Positions 28,407-37,553 of a stretch of 64,000 bases of DNA are shown here, one piece after another. Under the pieces are notes generated by a model. The model ran no database searches, was not told where the DNA came from, and worked only from the letters and a program-made list of their open reading frames with translations. Position 1 is the stretch's first letter. Every line of letters starts with the position of its first letter. Source of the stretch: an uncultured Pelagibacteraceae bacterium (GTDB lineage Bacteria > Pseudomonadota > Alphaproteobacteria > Pelagibacterales > Pelagibacteraceae). The translations under genes were made by a program, and so were the position numbers. The stretch is taken from contig CACDRL010000001.1 in the NCBI GenBank assembly GCA_902555435.1, positions 3,758 through 67,757 on the forward strand. Direction: 5' to 3'.

Positions 28407-28934
28407 TTAATTTTTAGACTTCAATATTTCTAGTGGAAGTGGAGCTTCTGGGTATTTTTTTTGACATAACTTTTCATAGTTTTTACAAAAACTCATGATT
28501 GTTGTTTGAACTTCTTTTTTATTTTTATTTAAAAAATTAAGCTCTTTAATTAATTCACTACAATTTTTTTCTAATTCTTTTATTTGCTCACCTGAAAAAA
28601 ATTCTCCTGTTTCTATTTCCCAATAAGTATCTTCAAGCTCATCATCACTTAAATCATTTAATTTTTTTTGTAATAATTTAATTGTTTCATCCTCAGTTTC
28701 CTTATCTCTCATGGGAGAATTCTTAAGTTTTCCAAGGCATTTATCTCTTAATCCATCAATAAAGTGAAAATAAGGTTTACCCTCTGAAAAATCTCTAAAA
28801 TGGTTTGTATTAAAATACTTATCAATAGCGGTTTCTGTTGAAACTTTTTCTTTACCTTTAATTATAGCTATTTGGACATAAACTTCTTGGCTAATATATT
28901 CTTCAATATGATCTTTAACTTTTTGAGGTATCAT
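28407..28934 (-). CDS. Hypothetical soluble protein
   Basis: 175 aa open frame, Lys/Glu-rich, own terminator; no family recognised. Confidence 0.7.
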   Translation of the reverse strand: MIPQKVKDHIEEYISQEVYVQIAIIKGKEKVSTETAIDKYFNTNHFRDFSEGKPYFHFIDGLRDKCLGKLKNSPMRDKETEDETIKLLQKKLNDLSDDELEDTYWEIETGEFFSGEQIKELEKNCSELIKELNFLNKNKKEVQTTIMSFCKNYEKLCQKKYPEAPLPLEILKSKN

Positions 28935-28947
28935 CTTTTGTAAGTAG

Positions 28948-29415
28948 CTAATGTTCTTCTCTATATCTACTGTGGCAAGCTTTACAATTACTCCACATAA
29001 ATTGTTTTAGAGTGCCTCTTATATCTTCAGCGTCTTCAATTACAGATGTAAGTTTTATCATATCATCAGATGCTTTTGTCATTAACGCATTAAAAGCATC
29101 TTTTTCCTCCCAAACAGTTGGTAAAGCTTCAGTGTCAAATTCATCTTCAGTATTTTCGGGAAATAGATCTATTAAAACTTTATAATTTTCACTCATTTCA
29201 ATCATTAGTTTTTTTGCTTTTTCAAAATCTCCTTTTGATGAAAAAGCTTGTACTCTTTTTGCTGTACTATAATTTTTACTAAACAATGCTTGCCTACTCT
29301 TAACAATATCTTCAACTGTTAACTCGGCATTACTAGATGAGACGAAAAATACGCTTAAAATTGAGAATAAAATTATTTTAATATATTTTTTTATGTGATT
29401 AAATAAATCATGCAT
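28948..29415 (-). CDS. Cytochrome c' (class II cytochrome c)
   Basis: Signal peptide, C-terminal CKACH, T.ALP.VW. Confidence 0.9.
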   Translation of the reverse strand: MHDLFNHIKKYIKIILFSILSVFFVSSSNAELTVEDIVKSRQALFSKNYSTAKRVQAFSSKGDFEKAKKLMIEMSENYKVLIDLFPENTEDEFDTEALPTVWEEKDAFNALMTKASDDMIKLTSVIEDAEDIRGTLKQFMWSNCKACHSRYREEH

Positions 29416-29937
29416 GTAACAAATACCGTAACAGAGTATGGCATTATATCAAAAGCGTTACATTGGCTCAGTGCAATTATTCTTTTTATACAAATACCTT
29501 TGGGTTTTTATCTAGTTGATTTAGATTTTGGCGAACAAAGAATAACTATTGAAGATATTCATGTTACATTAGGTTTAACCGTTTTTTATATAATTATAAT
29601 AAGATTAATAAATAATATACTTAACCCTACCCCAAAATTAGATCCAAGTATTTTTAAAGGACAAAGGTTTCTAGCAAAGATGAACCATGTACTTTTATAT
29701 ATTGCTATTTTAACAATAACAATTTCAGGAATATTAAAAAAATTATTTAATGGAGAAACATTAATAATAATTTTTAGAGAAATTCAGATTAATGAAAATT
29801 TTGATTTAGCAGATCAGTTTTATGAAATTCATATTTTTGCAAATTATACCCTTATCGGTTTAATAGCGCTTCATATAACTGCTGTTATTATTCATAAACT
29901 ATTTTTTGGGGACAATTTATTAAAAAGAATTCTTTAA
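29410..29937 (+). CDS. Cytochrome b561 family protein
   Basis: YG...K.LHWL, HVTLG, H..LY, LH..A...H heme-ligand His pattern. Confidence 0.9.
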   Translation: MHVTNTVTEYGIISKALHWLSAIILFIQIPLGFYLVDLDFGEQRITIEDIHVTLGLTVFYIIIIRLINNILNPTPKLDPSIFKGQRFLAKMNHVLLYIAILTITISGILKKLFNGETLIIIFREIQINENFDLADQFYEIHIFANYTLIGLIALHITAVIIHKLFFGDNLLKRIL

Positions 29938-29939
29938 TC

Positions 29940-30377
29940 TTAATGGCAAGCAATTCCAAACTTTTTTAATCTCCAGTAATTATAAGGCCAAGGTGTTAAA
30001 AAACCTACAATCAGCATTATTGGCACCACCCACCACGTTAAAATTGCACCTCCAGTTAACACATAATCAGTCAAGTTCATCATGATTTCCATGCTGATCA
30101 TTGAAATTAAACTCATGCCACAAGCTGTTTTGAATGCGTTAACAAAATTAAAATTTTGTGTCATTAAAATTATTGTTTCTAAAATAATACTTGTGATCAA
30201 TCCGTTAATGATTGCTAAAATCATTATTCCTAAAACTGGAAAAGGAATTTGAGTTAATTGAAAAAATAATATTGTTCCAAAATCTCCAATCGCACAACCT
30301 AGTACACACCAAGCTGTATTTTTTGCACTTCTTTTCCAGGTATGTCTACAAGACCAATGAAATGTAGTCGCTGTCAT
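29940..30377 (-). CDS. DUF4396 domain membrane protein
   Basis: T.WC.LGC.IGD, Met-rich MS.ISM..ME, PWPYNYWRL. Confidence 0.85.
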   Translation of the reverse strand: MTATTFHWSCRHTWKRSAKNTAWCVLGCAIGDFGTILFFQLTQIPFPVLGIMILAIINGLITSIILETIILMTQNFNFVNAFKTACGMSLISMISMEIMMNLTDYVLTGGAILTWWVVPIMLIVGFLTPWPYNYWRLKKFGIACH

Positions 30378-30379
30378 AA

Positions 30380-30814
30380 TTACTTACTCATATTAATTTG
30401 ATATTCATACTTATCAATAGGCCAAAAGGACTTTACATAAGCCAATATACTATCAATTTCTTTATCAGATAATTGATCTTCAAATCCTATCATTTTACCT
30501 TCATAATTTTTTACTAATTTTGCTAATCCATATTTAATTATTGCATGTAAAGTTTTATCATCATGATGCCAAGTATGACCTGTTCCGTTTAACGGAGGAG
30601 CTTTTCTATGCCCATCTTCATCCATACCTTTCCAGTTTTCAGCACCAGCTAAATTAATCATATGACAAGAAACACAATTTTTTTCATATGCAATTTTACC
30701 TCTTTCAATCATGAGTTTAGAATCAGTAGTTATTGGAAAATGATTGTGGGCACTTACTGTATTTGAAAAAGTGAATGTAAAGAAAACAATAATAAATGAA
30801 ATATGTTTAACCAT
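30380..30814 (-). CDS. Class I cytochrome c
   Basis: Signal peptide, CVSCH, APPLNGTGHTWHH, distal Met. Confidence 0.9.
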   Translation of the reverse strand: MVKHISFIIVFFTFTFSNTVSAHNHFPITTDSKLMIERGKIAYEKNCVSCHMINLAGAENWKGMDEDGHRKAPPLNGTGHTWHHDDKTLHAIIKYGLAKLVKNYEGKMIGFEDQLSDKEIDSILAYVKSFWPIDKYEYQINMSK

Positions 30815-30869
30815 AAGGATGATATGGATATTTGATTTATTATAACAAGTACATGTGTTACTTTAAGTC

Positions 30870-31553
30870 ATGATCTTTAAGCAAGTTTTTGACACGAAAT
30901 CATCAACTTACACTTACATAATTGCATCTAGTAAAGGCCGAGAAGCTGTAATAATTGATCCAGTTATAGAAAATGTTGAAAGCTATATTGGGCTACTAAA
31001 CGAATTAGATTTAAAACTAGTTAAGGTAATTGATACCCATATTCATGCTGACCATGTAACTGGTGCAAGTAAACTTAAGCAAGCAACAAATTGCTCTACG
31101 CTAATGGGGGAACACACCCCTGCTGATGCTGTAGAAATTAAAGTAAAAGATGATGAAATAATAAAAATTGATCAAATAGAAATCAAAGCGATGTATACAC
31201 CTGGTCATACTTCTGACAGTTATAGTTTCTTAATGGATAACTATTTATTTTCAGGGGATACTCTTTTAATTAATGGCACTGGTCGAACTGATTTTCAAAA
31301 TGGTAGCTCAAAAGATGCTTATAATTCTATTTTTAATAGATTATTAAAATTACCTGAGGATACCATTTTGTATCCTGGTCATGACTATAATGGCAAAGAA
31401 TCTAGTACAATTGGTAATGAAAAAAAATTTAATCCAAGATTGCAGGTTAAAAATGTTGATGAGTATGTTGAACTTATGTCAAATCTTAATTTAGCAAAAC
31501 CAAAATTAATAGATATCAATGTAAGTAAAAATATAAAATTAGGTGCTAATTAA
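30870..31553 (+). CDS. MBL-fold hydrolase, ETHE1/persulfide dioxygenase-like
   Basis: DTHIHADHVTG, TPGHT, GTGRTDFQ, YPGHDY, NPRL. Confidence 0.85.
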   Translation: MIFKQVFDTKSSTYTYIIASSKGREAVIIDPVIENVESYIGLLNELDLKLVKVIDTHIHADHVTGASKLKQATNCSTLMGEHTPADAVEIKVKDDEIIKIDQIEIKAMYTPGHTSDSYSFLMDNYLFSGDTLLINGTGRTDFQNGSSKDAYNSIFNRLLKLPEDTILYPGHDYNGKESSTIGNEKKFNPRLQVKNVDEYVELMSNLNLAKPKLIDINVSKNIKLGAN

Positions 31554-31863
31554 ATACTACAAATATTAAAAACCAATAAGAAACTAATCCAGCTGAAATT
31601 GTTGCAATAATATTTTTTGAAAAATAACCTACAATAACAGCAACTAATGCTCCAAAAATTTTGGGATCATTCATTTCTATAAAAGTTCCAAAATCATTTA
31701 TAAATATTCCTGGAAATATTATTGCTGGGAATACTGCAGAAGGAACATATTCTAACACTGCTTTAATTTTGTCTCCAAGCATATCTCTACTAATTAAAGC
31801 GATCATAGTCATTCTAGTAAAGTAAGTTAATATTCCAGCAAAAATTATTGCAGTAAGAGTCAT
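31546..31863 (-). CDS. azlD: AzlD-family membrane protein
   Basis: TYFTR, LEYVP.AVF.A; follows azlC. Confidence 0.85.
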   Translation of the reverse strand: MTLTAIIFAGILTYFTRMTMIALISRDMLGDKIKAVLEYVPSAVFPAIIFPGIFINDFGTFIEMNDPKIFGALVAVIVGYFSKNIIATISAGLVSYWFLIFVVFN

Positions 31864-32546
31864 TTTTTTAACCTCAATAACAGTGCGGCTACAAATAAAG
31901 CAATTATTGGTGAAATTATTATGTAAGATTTAAATGGAGCATCAAAAAATAATAATGAGCTTAAACCACAAGTAATCATAACAATTACATGATCTAATTT
32001 TTTTAAATCCTGAACAACAATTGCTATAAAAGTTAATGGAATAGCAAATTTTAATCCAAGTTCTTCTGGAACAAATGATCCTAAAACAATTCCTGATAAA
32101 GTTGCTATCTGCCAACAAACCCACATTGTGCAACCTGTACCAATTAAATGATAATGTAAAAATTCCTCATTTCTATTTTTTTTAAAAAATTTATTAGACT
32201 CGGCAAATCCTTGATCCACAACAACATAAGAAATTAATAATTTTTTAATGAAAGATAATTTTTCTAAATATTCAGATAACACTGCTCCATATAATAAATG
32301 TCGAGAATTTATAATTCCAACTGATGCAACTGCAACTAAACTAGATGCACCACCTGACAACAACTGTAAAAAAACTATTTGTGAAGCTCCTCCAAAAATT
32401 ATGAAAGACATCGCATAGACCAAATATGGATCAAATCCAAGTTCGACACCAATTGCTCCACAAATTATTCCAAATGGAATTACTGAAAGCATATGTGGAG
32501 AAATATCCAACATCCCTCTAGTAAATAATTGTTTTTTGGTAAGCAT
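31860..32546 (-). CDS. azlC: AzlC-family permease
   Basis: PFG...G, GASQ, IN.RHLLYG. Confidence 0.9.
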   Translation of the reverse strand: MLTKKQLFTRGMLDISPHMLSVIPFGIICGAIGVELGFDPYLVYAMSFIIFGGASQIVFLQLLSGGASSLVAVASVGIINSRHLLYGAVLSEYLEKLSFIKKLLISYVVVDQGFAESNKFFKKNRNEEFLHYHLIGTGCTMWVCWQIATLSGIVLGSFVPEELGLKFAIPLTFIAIVVQDLKKLDHVIVMITCGLSSLLFFDAPFKSYIIISPIIALFVAALLLRLKK

Positions 32547-32558
32547 TTGCTTGTTTTA

Positions 32559-33620
32559 TTAAAAACAAACTATGTGATCAATATTAATCGGTCTTTTAAT
32601 TCCAAACTTTTCATCAGCTTCATGTTGGTGTTCATGATGAGAATGAACAAAAACTGGTATTAATAATTCGCTATTAGTTTTCAAAGTATAAATAAAGTTT
32701 GTTCCTCTAAATTTTCTATCAACTACTTCAAGTTTTAGATTGCTTTTGTCATCATGCTCTAGGTCTTCTGGCTGTAATAATAATTGTACATTAGAACCTT
32801 TAGGATAATGCTTAATAAAATTTCCTTTAATTGTTCCAAGATCTTCATTTTCTAATGAATTTTCACCTGTTACTTTTGCTGGAATTAAAATTCCACGATT
32901 TAAAAAATTTACTACTTCGACAGAATTTGGAAAGTGATAAACGTTGTATGGGTCATCAAACTGTTTAATTTGACTATCTAATATAATTGCACATTTGGTG
33001 CCAAGATAAAAAGCTTCGTAAGAGTCGTGTGTAACGATTATTGTAGTAATCTTTAATTTACTTAAAATTTTTTTTAATTTTACTTGAATTTCCTCTTTAA
33101 AGCTTTGATCAACATTGGATAGTGGTTCATCTAATAGTAAAAGGTCAGGCTGTGTTAATAGTGATCTCGCAAGTGAAGCTCTTTGCGCCTCTCCTGCGCT
33201 AATTTCATGTGGATATTTTGGTAATATTTTTTCTATATCAAGGAAATCTATTATTTCTTTAAAACTAAGCTTTTTCTTTCTTTTACCTTTGTTTCTCTCA
33301 GCACCTAATAAAATATTTTTTTCAACTGTGTAATGAGGAAACAAACTGTTGTCCTGAAAAGCTAAAGATATGTTTCTATCTTCAGGTTCTACGTTTTGAT
33401 CTTTAGATGATAGCAATTTACCATTTAGTTTAATTGAACCTTTATCAATTTTTTCTAAACCAGCTATAGTTCTAAGTATTGTAGTTTTGCCAATTCCAGA
33501 TGGACCAAGAATACACAAAGTATCCCCTTCGTTTTCAATCGAAAAAGATGCATTTTTGACTTTAATCTTTCCGCCTATAGTGAAATCAACATTTTTAATC
33601 TCTAAAAAACTATCGCTCAT
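32559..33620 (-). CDS. fbpC: Fe(III) ABC transporter ATP-binding subunit
   Basis: GPSGIGKT, ISAGEAQR, LLLLDEP, HD..EA. Confidence 0.9.
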   Translation of the reverse strand: MSDSFLEIKNVDFTIGGKIKVKNASFSIENEGDTLCILGPSGIGKTTILRTIAGLEKIDKGSIKLNGKLLSSKDQNVEPEDRNISLAFQDNSLFPHYTVEKNILLGAERNKGKRKKKLSFKEIIDFLDIEKILPKYPHEISAGEAQRASLARSLLTQPDLLLLDEPLSNVDQSFKEEIQVKLKKILSKLKITTIIVTHDSYEAFYLGTKCAIILDSQIKQFDDPYNVYHFPNSVEVVNFLNRGILIPAKVTGENSLENEDLGTIKGNFIKHYPKGSNVQLLLQPEDLEHDDKSNLKLEVVDRKFRGTNFIYTLKTNSELLIPVFVHSHHEHQHEADEKFGIKRPINIDHIVCF

Positions 33621-35238
33621 TTTCCCTCAATATATATTTAGATGTAAGCATTATAAATAGAGTTGCAATCAAAATTAAAAATAGTGAAGGAACAGCTGCG
33701 GCTTCTAATAAGTCCTCTGAAGCAGATATATAAGCAGTTGTTGCAAATGTTTCAAAATTAAAAGGTCTTAAAATCAAAGTGATTGGCAGCTCTCTTATTA
33801 TTTCTAAAGAAATTAGTATTCCAACAAATAAAAGAGAATTTCTTAAGAAAGGTACATGAATATTCATAAAAGTTTTCTTTTTCGAATAACCAAGTAAATA
33901 TGAACTTTCATCAACAGAAATATTAATTTTTTCATAACCAGATTTTATTCCATTAAAAGCCAAAGAATAGAATCTTACAAAATAAACTAGAACAAGTCCT
34001 AGAATAGAACCAATAAATATTTTTTTAATGGATAAAAAACCAAGTGCTTTTACAACATTGTCATCAAACCAAGCAATAAAAGTTATAAATGCCACTGCTA
34101 AAATTACTCCTGGAATTGCATAACCAGAAATTGACAAAGTAGATAAAGCATTTAAGGTTTTATTTTTAGAAACTCTATTTCCATAATTAGAAATTAAAGA
34201 AAAAATTATTAAAACTAAGCTTGATAGTAACACCAAGTACAGAGTGTTTAATGTTAAAGTTATTACTGGAATATCAAAAAGATTTTCTGGAAATTTTAAG
34301 GTCCAGTAAAGCATTTGACTTAGTGGAAATAAAAAACTTAAGAAAAAAACTAAGAAACAAATTGAGAATGCAAAAAATGCTTTAGTTCCTGATAGTTGAA
34401 TTTTTTCTTTTTGTTTAAATCCTCCTTTAGTATTGGCGTGATACCTTGCTTTCTTTCTAGATAAATTTTCTAAAATAAATATTGCAAAAATAAATAATAG
34501 AAGAAAAAAAGATATCCTGTTTGAGAAAGCTAAGTCATCGAATGTTATCCAAGAATTATAAATACCTGTTGTTAAAGTATTTATAGAAAAAAAATCAACT
34601 GCACCAAATTCAGCTAAAGTTTCCATTGCAACTAGAGAAAGACCTGCAACAATTGCTGGTCTTGCAGCTGGTAAAATTAATGAATAGAAGGATTTTGCTT
34701 TTGAAAATCCTAAATTTCTACCTAGATCAATTAAATTTTGAGATTGATACAAGAATGATGCTCTTGAAAGAATATAAACATAAGCAAATAAGGAAAAAGA
34801 TAACGAAAGTAAAGCACCTACTAAACCATCAAATTTTGGAATATTTTGATTATAATTTGCCTCTCCAAATAGATTTTTCAATAAAGAATACAAAGTACCA
34901 TAATTCTCAAAGAAAGCTGTCAATGAATATGCATAAATATAAGGTGGTACAGCAAAAGATAAGATAAGAGCCCATTTAAAAAAATCACTAAAAGGAAATT
35001 TGTAAAAAGAAACTAGGTAAGCAGTAGTAGTTCCAATTAAAAAAGTTAAAACTAAAACGCAAATAAGTAAAATTAATGAATTTAAAATGTACTCAAACAA
35101 AAAGGTATCTTTTAATATTTGATAATAATTTGAAGTATCCTCAAAAAAACTAGTAAATACAGTAACGATTGGTATAGCTACAAAGATTGATACTAATAAC
35201 GAACTTAAAAACCAAAAATTAATTTTTTTTAAATACAC
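33610..35238 (-). CDS. fbpB: Fe(III) ABC transporter permease
   Basis: Two permease repeats, E.L..FG, ELP.T..LRP.NF.T; GTG start. Confidence 0.92.
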   Translation of the reverse strand: MYLKKINFWFLSSLLVSIFVAIPIVTVFTSFFEDTSNYYQILKDTFLFEYILNSLILLICVLVLTFLIGTTTAYLVSFYKFPFSDFFKWALILSFAVPPYIYAYSLTAFFENYGTLYSLLKNLFGEANYNQNIPKFDGLVGALLSLSFSLFAYVYILSRASFLYQSQNLIDLGRNLGFSKAKSFYSLILPAARPAIVAGLSLVAMETLAEFGAVDFFSINTLTTGIYNSWITFDDLAFSNRISFFLLLFIFAIFILENLSRKKARYHANTKGGFKQKEKIQLSGTKAFFAFSICFLVFFLSFLFPLSQMLYWTLKFPENLFDIPVITLTLNTLYLVLLSSLVLIIFSLISNYGNRVSKNKTLNALSTLSISGYAIPGVILAVAFITFIAWFDDNVVKALGFLSIKKIFIGSILGLVLVYFVRFYSLAFNGIKSGYEKINISVDESSYLLGYSKKKTFMNIHVPFLRNSLLFVGILISLEIIRELPITLILRPFNFETFATTAYISASEDLLEAAAVPSLFLILIATLFIMLTSKYILRENER

Positions 35239-35255
35239 TTTTACCCTTTTGTTTC

Positions 35256-35304
35256 AGTGAACATAATCAATAGTAGGGTAAATAACTATTGAGTTATGTT
35301 CACT
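35256..35304 (-). other. Long intercistronic RNA hairpin (19-bp stem, one bulge, 10-nt loop)
   Basis: AGTGAACATAA/TTATGTTCACT and TCAATAGT/ACTATTGA inverted repeats. Confidence 0.8.
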
Positions 35305-35313
35305 TTTTGAAAA

Positions 35314-35508
35314 TCAACTTTTTAAATCAAAAACATTAATGACATGATCAATATCATTTTTTTTGATTTCAGATAATTTTCTATTATTTATCTTTCTTTT
35401 AATTCTTTCACACTCTGACGAACACGGTTCACATGTTATCTGACCCTCAAGTGAATCGTCTTTTACAGAAGAATTATATAAATTAAAATCAAATAAATTT
35501 TTTTTCAC
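35314..35508 (-). CDS. Small protein with CxxCxxxC motif inside the iron operon
   Basis: 64 aa, GTG start with GGGGA SD 7 nt after the fbpA stop; CEPCSSEC. Confidence 0.6.
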   Translation of the reverse strand: MKKNLFDFNLYNSSVKDDSLEGQITCEPCSSECERIKRKINNRKLSEIKKNDIDHVINVFDLKS

Positions 35509-35515
35509 TTTCCCC

Positions 35516-36544
35516 TTACTTCCATCCAGCAGAAGTCATTACCTCTAATGCTGCTGCTTGATTTTTTCCGTAACTTGAAACTTTAGTTGTTAGATCTTGT
35601 TTAAAATCTAATCCTAAATTGTTCACTACTAATGGATTTGGTGATACCCCTGCAATCATCGGAAACTCAAAAGTATTATTTGTGAAATGTTCCTGAGCCT
35701 CTGGTGATAGCAAGAAGTCTACAAGTGCAATAGCATTTGCCTTATTAGGAGCTCCTTTAATTAAAGCGGCACAACTAATATTCATGTGCGTTCCTCTGTC
35801 ATTTTGATTAGGAAAAAATGCCTTAACTTTTTTAGCAGCTGCTTGTTGTTCTGCTCCTTTATTACCAGATAGCATAAGTGCTAGGTAATAAGTGTTTGCT
35901 ACAGCAATATCAGCTTCTCCAGCTGCAACTGCCATAATTTGAGCTCTGTCGTTTCCTTTTGGTGTTCTTGCCATATTTGCAACAACTCCTTTAGACCATT
36001 CAGCAGCAGCTTTCTTTCCATTATTTTCAATTAATGATGCTACAAGAGATTTGTTATAAATGTTGCTTGATTTTCTAATTACTAATCTGCCTTTCCATTT
36101 TGGATCGGCTAGACCTTCATATGTAAGACCTGATAATTCAGCACCACTTACTCTTTCTGGTGAATAGTAGATTATTCTTGCTCTCTTAGCTACTCCTACC
36201 CAGTGTGTAGTTCTAAAATTTTTTGGAACAGAAGATTTAATTGTTGGAGAAACCAAACCACTTTGAGTCATTCCTTTAGCTTTAAAAGCTCCACATCTTC
36301 CAGCATCAGCAGTGATATAAAGATCAGCAGAAGAGTCTGAGCCCTCTTCAATCATTCTTTTTTCTAATGCACCAGCCTTTCCATTAATCAGATTTACTTT
36401 AATTCCAGTTTTGTCGGTAAATTTGCTATAAAGCTCATTGTCTGCTTTGTAATGTCTTGCATTGAAGATATTTACTTCATTTGCAATTGCAAAAGATGAG
36501 ACTATTAAAGAAACAAATAAACTTATTATTGTTACTTTTTTCAT
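35516..36544 (-). CDS. fbpA: Fe(III) ABC transporter substrate-binding protein (FutA/SfuC type)
   Basis: ARHY..D..LY..F...TGIKVN, ITADAG, YN.SLVAS, ANTYY Tyr ligands. Confidence 0.93.
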   Translation of the reverse strand: MKKVTIISLFVSLIVSSFAIANEVNIFNARHYKADNELYSKFTDKTGIKVNLINGKAGALEKRMIEEGSDSSADLYITADAGRCGAFKAKGMTQSGLVSPTIKSSVPKNFRTTHWVGVAKRARIIYYSPERVSGAELSGLTYEGLADPKWKGRLVIRKSSNIYNKSLVASLIENNGKKAAAEWSKGVVANMARTPKGNDRAQIMAVAAGEADIAVANTYYLALMLSGNKGAEQQAAAKKVKAFFPNQNDRGTHMNISCAALIKGAPNKANAIALVDFLLSPEAQEHFTNNTFEFPMIAGVSPNPLVVNNLGLDFKQDLTTKVSSYGKNQAAALEVMTSAGWK

Positions 36545-36572
36545 TGTATCCTTTTCTTTACCCTATTTGATT

Positions 36573-36609
36573 TGCGAATGAGAATTATTCTCAATGCGAA
36601 TGATTATCA
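36573..36609. promoter_or_regulatory. Tandem Fur-type 7-1-7 boxes upstream of the iron operon
   Basis: TGAGAAT-T-ATTCTCA (36579-36593, perfect) and TGCGAAT-G-ATTATCA (36595-36609). Confidence 0.8.
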
Positions 36610-36665
36610 ATCGCATATTTTGTCTCAGAAAACAAGGGCTTTTTTTATATTATTTATGGGTAGGG

Positions 36666-37553
36666 TTATTTCCAGTCGCCGATTTTGCTAAATAAAAAGT
36701 TTCTAAAAGCTTGGACTCTCGCTGTATTTTTTAAAGATTGTGGGTAAACAAAGTGAGCTTCTGTTATAGGTCCTTCTACTTTTGGAAGTACTTTGATTAC
36801 GTTGTTTGAATTTGATACTAAATATTCTGGAAGTGCTGCCAATCCTACACCAGACTCAACTGCTAACAAAAGTCCCATTACACTATTTACTTTCATAATT
36901 GTTTTTCTCTTTTTACCATCGTGCATACCAATTTTTAAAGCCCAATCTGGGTTATAAACTGGAGAAGGAGCACCTTTTCCAAAAGAAATAAATTTATGTT
37001 TATTTAAATCGTTAATTGTTTTTGGCATTCCATTTTTTTCTAAGTACTTATTTGATCCATAAATATAGTACTTAATATCAACTAATTTTTTCTGAATATA
37101 ATTAAGCTGTTTCGGTCTTCTCATAAAAATTCCTATATCAGCTTGCCTTGTACTTAAATCTAATTCTTTGTCATCAAAAACTAACTCTATCTCAATCTCT
37201 GGATTAAGTCCCATAAATTCTTGAATTCTAGGTGTTAACCAGTGAGTACCAAAACTTCTTACTGTTGTTATGGTTAATTTTCCTGTTGGTTTATTCTTTT
37301 GATCACCTAAAGATGTTTCGACTTCTTTAAGTTTACTAATTACTTCATGGGCTGTTTTAAAAACATATTCACCATTTTCTGTAAGAGTTAATCCTCGTGC
37401 ATGCCTTTCAAAGAGTTGTACTTTTAAATCTTGCTCTAAAGATTGTATCTGTCTACTAATAGCCGATTGGCTTAGGTTTAAATTTACAGTAGCATTTGTG
37501 AAACTTCCAGCTTCCGCTACTGCATGAAAAATTTTTAATTTATCCCAATCCAT
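36666..37553 (-). CDS. LysR-family transcriptional regulator (VtlR/LsrB-like N-terminus)
   Basis: MDWDKLKIFHAVAEAGSFT...LSQSAISRQI..LE...LFERHARGL HTH. Confidence 0.92.
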   Translation of the reverse strand: MDWDKLKIFHAVAEAGSFTNATVNLNLSQSAISRQIQSLEQDLKVQLFERHARGLTLTENGEYVFKTAHEVISKLKEVETSLGDQKNKPTGKLTITTVRSFGTHWLTPRIQEFMGLNPEIEIELVFDDKELDLSTRQADIGIFMRRPKQLNYIQKKLVDIKYYIYGSNKYLEKNGMPKTINDLNKHKFISFGKGAPSPVYNPDWALKIGMHDGKKRKTIMKVNSVMGLLLAVESGVGLAALPEYLVSNSNNVIKVLPKVEGPITEAHFVYPQSLKNTARVQAFRNFLFSKIGDWK

